This document shows, piece by piece, positions 27,237 through 33,117 of a stretch of DNA of 33,117 nucleotides (the first letter of the stretch is position 1; each line of letters opens with the position of its first letter). The stretch is from contig DAOWEM010000287.1 in assembly GCA_030638535.1 (NCBI GenBank), positions 1 to 33,117 on the forward strand, in the 5' to 3' direction. A program made the position numbers and the translations under genes. This DNA comes from Flavobacteriaceae bacterium (lineage in GTDB: Bacteria; Bacteroidota; Bacteroidia; Flavobacteriales; Flavobacteriaceae). The notes beneath the pieces are model-generated. The model was not told where the DNA came from, made no database searches, and saw nothing but the letters and a program-made list of their open reading frames with translations.

Positions 27237-28016
27237 ATGGCTAAAAAGAAAGAAGTTAGTGTAGAAGACCGATTAAGAGCACTATATGATTTACAATTAA
27301 TTGATTCTCGTATTGATGAAATTAGAAATATAAGAGGAGAACTTCCATTAGAAGTACGTGATTTAGAAGATGAAGTTGAAGGTTTACATACCAGACTTCA
27401 AAATTTAGATGAAAGTCTTGCCAATATAGACGATCAAATTAAAGGAAAAAAGAATCTTACTGAAGAGGCTAAAGCTTTAATTAAAAAATATAGTGAGCAA
27501 CAAAAAAATGTTAGAAATAACAGAGAATATAACTCTTTAACAAAAGAAATAGAATTTCAAGAATTAGAAATTCAATTGGCTGAAAAGAACATTAAAGAAT
27601 ATTTTGCTCAAATAGATCAGAAAAACGAAATTATTAATGCTAATAAAGAACGTATTAAAGAACGTGAAACTCATTTAAAGCACAAAAAATCTGAATTAGA
27701 TAATATTCTTGCTGAAACCGAAAAAGAAGAAGAAGTATTAAATAAAAAATCGGAAAAATATAAGCAATTAATTGAAGAACGTTTAGTATCGGCTTATACA
27801 AGAATTCGTAAAAATGTAAAAAATGGTTTAGCTGTTGTACCAATCCAAAGAGGTGCTGCTGGTGGATCTTTCTTTACAATACCTCCACAAGTAATTGTAG
27901 AAATAGCTTCTCGTAAAAAAATTATTACCGATGAGCATAGTGGAAGAATTTTAGTCGATGAAGCTTTAGCTACTGAACAAAAAGCTAAAATGGAAAAACT
28001 ATTTGCTAAACTTTAA
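27237..28016 (+). CDS. Coiled-coil protein with degenerate C4 zinc ribbon (DUF164/CdsZ-like)
   Basis: LQLIDSRID, long coiled coil with NNREY, and C-terminal GAAGGSFFTIPPQ...TDEHSGRIL; follows Nif3 at 2 nt. Confidence 0.88.
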   Translation: MAKKKEVSVEDRLRALYDLQLIDSRIDEIRNIRGELPLEVRDLEDEVEGLHTRLQNLDESLANIDDQIKGKKNLTEEAKALIKKYSEQQKNVRNNREYNSLTKEIEFQELEIQLAEKNIKEYFAQIDQKNEIINANKERIKERETHLKHKKSELDNILAETEKEEEVLNKKSEKYKQLIEERLVSAYTRIRKNVKNGLAVVPIQRGAAGGSFFTIPPQVIVEIASRKKIITDEHSGRILVDEALATEQKAKMEKLFAKL

Positions 28017-28039
28017 TATAAAATATTTATACTAAATTT

Positions 28040-28071
28040 AAAGCCTTTACAAATTTGTAAAGGCTTTTTTT
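28040..28071 (+). terminator. Intrinsic terminator
   Basis: AAAGCCTTTACAAATTTGTAAAGGCTTT is a perfect palindrome (28040-28067) running into a T tract, 23 nt after the stop. Confidence 0.85.
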
Positions 28072-28139
28072 ATTTAAAAAATCAATATTATTTTAAGTTT
28101 CTATAATTTATAACGACATAATTCAAAATACAAATTGTC

Positions 28140-28832
28140 ATGATAAATATAAAATCTATAATTACAACTATAACCCTAATATTTGCTTTAAGTTGCCAAA
28201 ATAACGCACAAGTAAAAACTAATACTCAATCCGAAAAAAGCAACATAGAACAAGGAATTGTTGATGCTGATCCAATTGAAGTAGCTCTTCAAAACGGGAA
28301 AGCCAAAGCCTATTTTGCAAGTGGATGCTTTTGGTGTGTAGAAGCTGTTTACGAAAGTGTTAAAGGTGTTGAAGAAGTTATTAATGGTTATGCCGGAGGA
28401 TATACTTTAAACCCAACTTACCAGAAAAGTAATACTGGTCGTACTGGACATGCTGAAGCTGTAGAAGTTATATATGATCCAACTATTGTTGATTTTGCAA
28501 CTTTAGTAGATGTCTATTTTGGTTCGCAAAACCCCACTCAGGTTAATGGACAAGGACCAGATCGAGGTTCTCAATATCGTTCGATTATTTTTTATCAAAA
28601 TGAAGAACAAAAAATAATAATAACAGAGAAAATAGATGAACTTGCAGAGAAGCTAAACGCAAAAATCGCAGCCGAAGTTTATCCGTTTCAAAAATTTTGG
28701 GTTGCAGAGGATTATCATCAAAATTACGAAAGATTACATCCTGAAAGCAGTTATATTCAACGCATATCCATCCCAAGACTTAATAAATTTAAAAGAAAAT
28801 TTTCACGCTTACTAAAAGAGGATCAACACTAA
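28140..28832 (+). CDS. msrA: Peptide-methionine (S)-S-oxide reductase, lipoprotein form
   Basis: GCFWC, GYAGG, TGHAEAV, DRGSQYRS and AEDYHQNY; N-terminal lipobox ALSC. Confidence 0.95.
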   Translation: MINIKSIITTITLIFALSCQNNAQVKTNTQSEKSNIEQGIVDADPIEVALQNGKAKAYFASGCFWCVEAVYESVKGVEEVINGYAGGYTLNPTYQKSNTGRTGHAEAVEVIYDPTIVDFATLVDVYFGSQNPTQVNGQGPDRGSQYRSIIFYQNEEQKIIITEKIDELAEKLNAKIAAEVYPFQKFWVAEDYHQNYERLHPESSYIQRISIPRLNKFKRKFSRLLKEDQH

Positions 28833-29629
28833 GGCTTAGTTGCTTTAAGTGTAAAGATTAAAGGATACAATTTATCTTTTAATTCATACATTCCTGATTC
28901 TGTTTCAACCAAATCAGGCAATACATTATATGGACTTTCATCATATTCTTTCAGATACTCAATATGTAATCCAGCTTCAATCAAGGCAGAAATAACTTCG
29001 CCTAAACCATGGTTCCAACCATACTCTTTACTTATCATTTTTGAATCTATATCTGCATATGTACCTTCATATTCTTCATAGATTACCTCATTTTGTTGGT
29101 AAGCATATTTCATAATAGTTTTACCTTCTAAATAATCAAACATCCAAACAATTGGGTGGAATTCTGCAATAAAAAAAGTTCCACCCTTATTTAATCGTTC
29201 TGCTATTAGCTGCCCCCAAGGTTTTAAATCCGGTAACCAACCTATCACACCATAACTGGTAAAAACAATATCAAAAGTTTCTGCAACATATTTCGAAGCA
29301 TCCAAAACATTACAGCATATAAATTCTACATCTAGTCCCAACTCATCATTTAATTTTTGAGCCATTTTTATACCTTCATTACTAATATCTATGCCAACAC
29401 TCTTTGCTCCTAACCTACTCCAACTAAGCGTGTCTTGTCCAAAATGGCATTGTAAATGCAATAATGACTTATCGGTAACATCTCCTAAAGCTTCAAGTTC
29501 GTATGACATTAATGAGGATTTACCTTTTTTAAAAGCTTCTATGTCATACATTTCACTTTTAGTATGAACTTTTACTTTCTTATTCCAAGTGGTTTTATTG
29601 GTTTGAAAATATTTATCGTTTATACTCAT
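28829..29629 (-). CDS. Class I SAM-dependent methyltransferase
   Basis: LLHLQCHFGQDT, GIDIS, FDIVFTSYG, WLPDL and EFHP. ATG 29629 preferred over the 29647 start. Confidence 0.88.
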   Translation of the reverse strand: MSINDKYFQTNKTTWNKKVKVHTKSEMYDIEAFKKGKSSLMSYELEALGDVTDKSLLHLQCHFGQDTLSWSRLGAKSVGIDISNEGIKMAQKLNDELGLDVEFICCNVLDASKYVAETFDIVFTSYGVIGWLPDLKPWGQLIAERLNKGGTFFIAEFHPIVWMFDYLEGKTIMKYAYQQNEVIYEEYEGTYADIDSKMISKEYGWNHGLGEVISALIEAGLHIEYLKEYDESPYNVLPDLVETESGMYELKDKLYPLIFTLKATKP

Positions 29630-29677
29630 AATTATATGTTTCAACATCGAATATAAAACTTCTATTTAAATGTTTGC

Positions 29678-29685
29678 TATCTTTG
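29678..29685 (+). promoter_or_regulatory. Putative -7 promoter box
   Basis: TATCTTTG 15 nt before ATG 29701, supporting 29701 as the start. Confidence 0.55.
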
Positions 29686-29700
29686 ATCAAAATTAGTCTT

Positions 29701-30366
29701 ATGAAGTATCCTATTTATATAATTTTCATTGCCTTTTCTATTCTGTCTTGTAAAAATGAAAAAAAAGATTCTGGAGAAATGCAACTAACTATTGCTCAAA
29801 AAATCGCTAATGCTCATGGTTTTCAAAATTGGGATAAGGTTTATCAAATAAATTTTACATTCAATGTGGATAGAGACAGCAGTCATTTTGAACGAACATG
29901 GCAATGGGAACCAAAAACTAATAATGTGATTATGATTTCTAAAGGAGATACGATTGTCTATAACAGATCACAAATTGACAGCACAAACCTAAATACTGAC
30001 AAAGCTTTTATTAACGACAAATATTGGCTTCTTGCACCTTTCAATTTAGTTTGGGATAAAGGTACAACTATAAGCGATCCAATAAAAGAGGAAGCACCAA
30101 TTGGCAAAAAAGAGCTTTACAAGATTATGCTTACTTATCCAACTGAAGGTGGTTACACACCCGGAGATGCATACGATTTTTATTATGGCGATGATTTTAT
30201 AATAAAAGAATGGACTTTTAGAAGATCTAATTCAAGTGAGCCAACACTAAGTACTACTTGGGAAGATTATAAAGATTACAATGGCATCAAAATAGCTTTG
30301 AAACATAATAGATTAGAAACTAATAGAAAACTCTATTTTTCTAATGTAAAAGTAACTCTCGAATAA
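29701..30366 (+). CDS. Lipoprotein of unknown function (beta-rich, possibly DUF6503-like)
   Basis: Lipobox ILSC followed by KNEKKD; AHG..W, NDKYWLLAPF and GGYTPGDAYDFY motifs. Confidence 0.7.
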   Translation: MKYPIYIIFIAFSILSCKNEKKDSGEMQLTIAQKIANAHGFQNWDKVYQINFTFNVDRDSSHFERTWQWEPKTNNVIMISKGDTIVYNRSQIDSTNLNTDKAFINDKYWLLAPFNLVWDKGTTISDPIKEEAPIGKKELYKIMLTYPTEGGYTPGDAYDFYYGDDFIIKEWTFRRSNSSEPTLSTTWEDYKDYNGIKIALKHNRLETNRKLYFSNVKVTLE

Positions 30367-30420
30367 ATTATTTTTAGTTTTAAATTCATATTTTTGAGTA
30401 AAATCAAAAAAAACAATACT

Positions 30421-31695
30421 TTGTCCAATTATCAACTCGGTCCAGATTACGCAAAACAACAAGACCTATTAGACGAATTATCAGATTACAGAAATCAATT
30501 TCATATTCCAAAAGACAATAATGGAAATGAATTAATATACCTTACAGGAAACTCCCTTGGCCTACAGCCAAAAATTACCAAAGATTATATAAACCAAGTG
30601 CTTGAAGACTGGGCTAATCTTGGTGTAGAAGGCCACACAGAAGCAAAAAACCCCTGGTTACCTTACCACGAATTTTTAACCGAAAGTATGGCAAATTTAG
30701 TTGGTGCAAAATCAATTGAAGTCGTTGTAATGAATACACTTACTGCCAATCTTCATTTTATGATGGTTTCCTTTTATCAGCCAACCGAAACGCGCTATAA
30801 AATATTAATCGAAAGCGATGCTTTTCCATCAGATAAATACGCTGTAGAATCACAATTACGTCATCATGGTTACAATGATAAAGAAGGATTAATTCTTTGG
30901 AAACCTCGCGAGAATGAAGAATTACTACGCTATGAAGATTTAGAAGCTATTTTAGAAACACATGGCAACGAGATTGCTCTTATTATGATTGGCGGAGTCA
31001 ACTATTATACAGGACAATTTTTTGATTTAAAACGCATCACAGAATTAGGACATAAACATGGTTGTATTGTTGGTTTTGATTGTGCTCATGGCGCAGGAAA
31101 TGTAGTATTGAACCTACACGATTCTGGAGCTGACTTTGCCGTTTGGTGCACCTATAAATACCTAAATTCTGGACCAGGAAGTTTAAGTGGTTGTTTTGTT
31201 CATGAAAAACATGCATATGATAAAACCCTGAACCGATTTACAGGTTGGTGGAGCCATAATAAGCAAACGCGTTTTAATATGCGACATGAATTTGATGTAC
31301 TCCCGGGAGCAGAAGGATGGCAATTAAGCAATCCTCCTATCCTATCTATGGCTGCAATAAGGGCTTCTTTAGATTTGTTTAATGAAGTAGGAATAACAAA
31401 ACTTACTGAAAAATCAAAAAAACTTACAGGATACTTTGAATTCTTAATTCATCAATTAAACAACCAAGACATAAAGATCATTACACCAGGTAATCCTGAA
31501 GAACGTGGTTGTCAATTGTCTATTCAAGTTAAAAATGCTGATAAAAGCTTACATGATAAATTGACTAAAGCAGGAGTAATTAGTGATTGGAGAGAACCTG
31601 ACGTCATTCGATGTGCTCCAGTGCCTTTGTATAATACATTTCAAGATATTTATAATATGGTTGAAAAATTGAAAACAATTTTATATAATGAATGA
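30421..31695 (+). CDS. kynU: Kynureninase
   Basis: YLTGNSLGLQP, FPSDKY, DCAHGAGN, WCTYKYLNSGPG (PLP lysine), GWWSH and APVPLYN. TTG 30421 is the likely start (alternative 30394). Confidence 0.96.
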   Translation: MSNYQLGPDYAKQQDLLDELSDYRNQFHIPKDNNGNELIYLTGNSLGLQPKITKDYINQVLEDWANLGVEGHTEAKNPWLPYHEFLTESMANLVGAKSIEVVVMNTLTANLHFMMVSFYQPTETRYKILIESDAFPSDKYAVESQLRHHGYNDKEGLILWKPRENEELLRYEDLEAILETHGNEIALIMIGGVNYYTGQFFDLKRITELGHKHGCIVGFDCAHGAGNVVLNLHDSGADFAVWCTYKYLNSGPGSLSGCFVHEKHAYDKTLNRFTGWWSHNKQTRFNMRHEFDVLPGAEGWQLSNPPILSMAAIRASLDLFNEVGITKLTEKSKKLTGYFEFLIHQLNNQDIKIITPGNPEERGCQLSIQVKNADKSLHDKLTKAGVISDWREPDVIRCAPVPLYNTFQDIYNMVEKLKTILYNE

Positions 31696-33117
31696 GCTAA
31701 ATAAAGAAGTCCTCCCCTCTGGAGAGGATTTAGGAGGGGCTAAAGAGAACATACTAATTATTGGAGCAGGACTTTGCGGTTCACTATTAGCATTACGTTT
31801 AGGGCAACGAGGCTATAATGTCACTGCATTTGAAAAACGTCAAGATTTAAGAAAAGTTGACATTAGTGCTGGGAAATCTATCAATCTTGCCTTTTCAAAT
31901 CGTGGCATAAAAGCCATGAAATTAGTTGGAATTCAAGATAAGGTTGAACCTCTATGTATTTCTATGAATGGTCGTATGTTACACGACAAAAAAGGCAACA
32001 CAATGTTATCTAATTATAGTGGTCGAGAACATGAATACATTAACTCCATTTCAAGAGGTGGATTAAATGCTTTGTTGCTGGATGAGGCGGAAGCTTTAAA
32101 AAATGTGACAATTCACTTCAATAAAAAATGCACTTCAGTAAATTTTGAAAAAACTACAGCAAATTTCTATGATTATGAAACGAAAAACGAATTCATTGAA
32201 GATGCAGACATCATAATAGGAACAGATGGTGCAGGATCTGTATTGAGAAAAAGCTACTATTTAGGAAAGAAATTCTTATTCAGCTTTTCACAAAATTATT
32301 TGACTCATGGCTATAAAGAATTAAGTATTTTACCAACTGAAACTGGTGAGTACAAAACCTACAAGAATGCATTACATATTTGGCCTCGAGGTGACTTTAT
32401 GCTAATTGCTTTACCAAACTTAGATGGTAGTTTTACTGTGACGCTGTTCTTAAATCATGATGAAGGTAAATACAATTTCAATAATTTAACAACTCCAGAA
32501 ATAGTTACAGAATTCTTTCAAAAAGAATTTCCTGATGCTTTGGAATTGATGCCGAACCTAATCGAGGATTACTTCGATAATCCAGAATCAGCATTAGGAA
32601 CCGTAAAATGTTCGCCTTGGCATTACAAAGGAAATACACTGTTAATGGGAGACGCAGCTCATGCTGTTGTGCCATTTTACGGACAAGGCATGAATGCATC
32701 ATTTGAAGATGTTGTGGTTTTTGATGAAATTTTAGACCAACACGAGGGGAATTGGGAAACCGTATTTAAAACCTACGAAAAAACACGTAAAAAAGATACA
32801 GATGCTATTGCTGATTTAGCAATTGATAACTTCTTTGAAATGCGAGATCATGTAGCAAACCCTATATTTCAGAAAAAACGTAAATTGGAAATGGATTTCG
32901 AACAGCATTTTCCTAATGAGTATTCTTCAAAATATTCGTTGGTAACTTTCAATGAAAATATAGGCTACAATGAAGCTATGATAAGAGGAAGAGCACAGGA
33001 CAAAGCCATTTTAAATATGATAGCAGATGATGATATTGATTTAAATAATGATTTAAAAGAAATTTTATCTCGCGTGATTAGAGAAACAGAAGATATTCTT
33101 GATGAAGATAAAGTAGC
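31688..33117 (+). CDS. kmo: Kynurenine 3-monooxygenase (FAD-dependent), truncated by window end
   Basis: ATG 31688 overlaps the kynU end. The same frame gives IIGAGLCG, SINLAFSNRG, GTDGAGS, LHIWPRG and MGDAAHAVVPFYGQGMN, and runs to the window end. Not in the ORF track. Confidence 0.93.
   Translation, partial: MNELNKEVLPSGEDLGGAKENILIIGAGLCGSLLALRLGQRGYNVTAFEKRQDLRKVDISAGKSINLAFSNRGIKAMKLVGIQDKVEPLCISMNGRMLHDKKGNTMLSNYSGREHEYINSISRGGLNALLLDEAEALKNVTIHFNKKCTSVNFEKTTANFYDYETKNEFIEDADIIIGTDGAGSVLRKSYYLGKKFLFSFSQNYLTHGYKELSILPTETGEYKTYKNALHIWPRGDFMLIALPNLDGSFTVTLFLNHDEGKYNFNNLTTPEIVTEFFQKEFPDALELMPNLIEDYFDNPESALGTVKCSPWHYKGNTLLMGDAAHAVVPFYGQGMNASFEDVVVFDEILDQHEGNWETVFKTYEKTRKKDTDAIADLAIDNFFEMRDHVANPIFQKKRKLEMDFEQHFPNEYSSKYSLVTFNENIGYNEAMIRGRAQDKAILNMIADDDIDLNNDLKEILSRVIRETEDILDEDKV
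31709..31740. repeat. GC-rich palindromic repeat inside the kmo 5' end
   Basis: GTCCTCCCCTCTGGAGAGGATTTAGGAGGGGC: a pyrimidine arm followed by two purine arms, encoding VLPSGEDLGGA. Confidence 0.7.

Noticed and set aside
16819-32702. ORFs 16819-17079, 20753-21106, 22447-22653, 25262-25510, 27655-27843, 28585-28776 and 32505-32702
   Set aside because: Antisense to aqpZ, lipA, gap, lpxK, the zinc-ribbon gene, msrA and kmo.
1-33117. Functional linkage between the trp operon and kynU-kmo
   Set aside because: They are about 28 kb apart with many unrelated genes between, and no shared regulatory motif was seen.

Overview
AT-rich chromosomal window, most likely from a Flavobacteriaceae (Bacteroidota) genome, judged from the TAnnTTTG promoter boxes, the gene content and the kynU-kmo pair. 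Most genes are housekeeping: trpF(partial)-trpB-trpA, trmL, valS, a PLP aminotransferase, murB, lipA, gap, lpxK, Nif3 plus a coiled-coil/zinc-ribbon partner, msrA and kynU-kmo(partial). There are also two ECF sigma factors, an anti-sigma factor, aqpZ, a GT2 glycosyltransferase, an NRAMP-like transporter and a TPR hybrid histidine kinase. I found no rRNA, tRNA, CRISPR array, transposase or integrase. The most interesting signals are: (i) five co-oriented accessory genes between trmL and valS, behind a consensus promoter, with degenerate attC-like hairpins at some junctions (possible domesticated cassette array); (ii) several families of small palindromic elements, including a nested MITE-like element and two repeats translated into the TrpF C-terminus and the KMO N-terminus; (iii) a tightly coupled module of a four-Cys membrane peptide (NqrM-like), GT2, ECF sigma, NRAMP-like transporter and Dabb lipoprotein; and (iv) a C4 zinc ribbon that has lost all four cysteines. 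Family assignments come from motif recognition only; no database searches were run.
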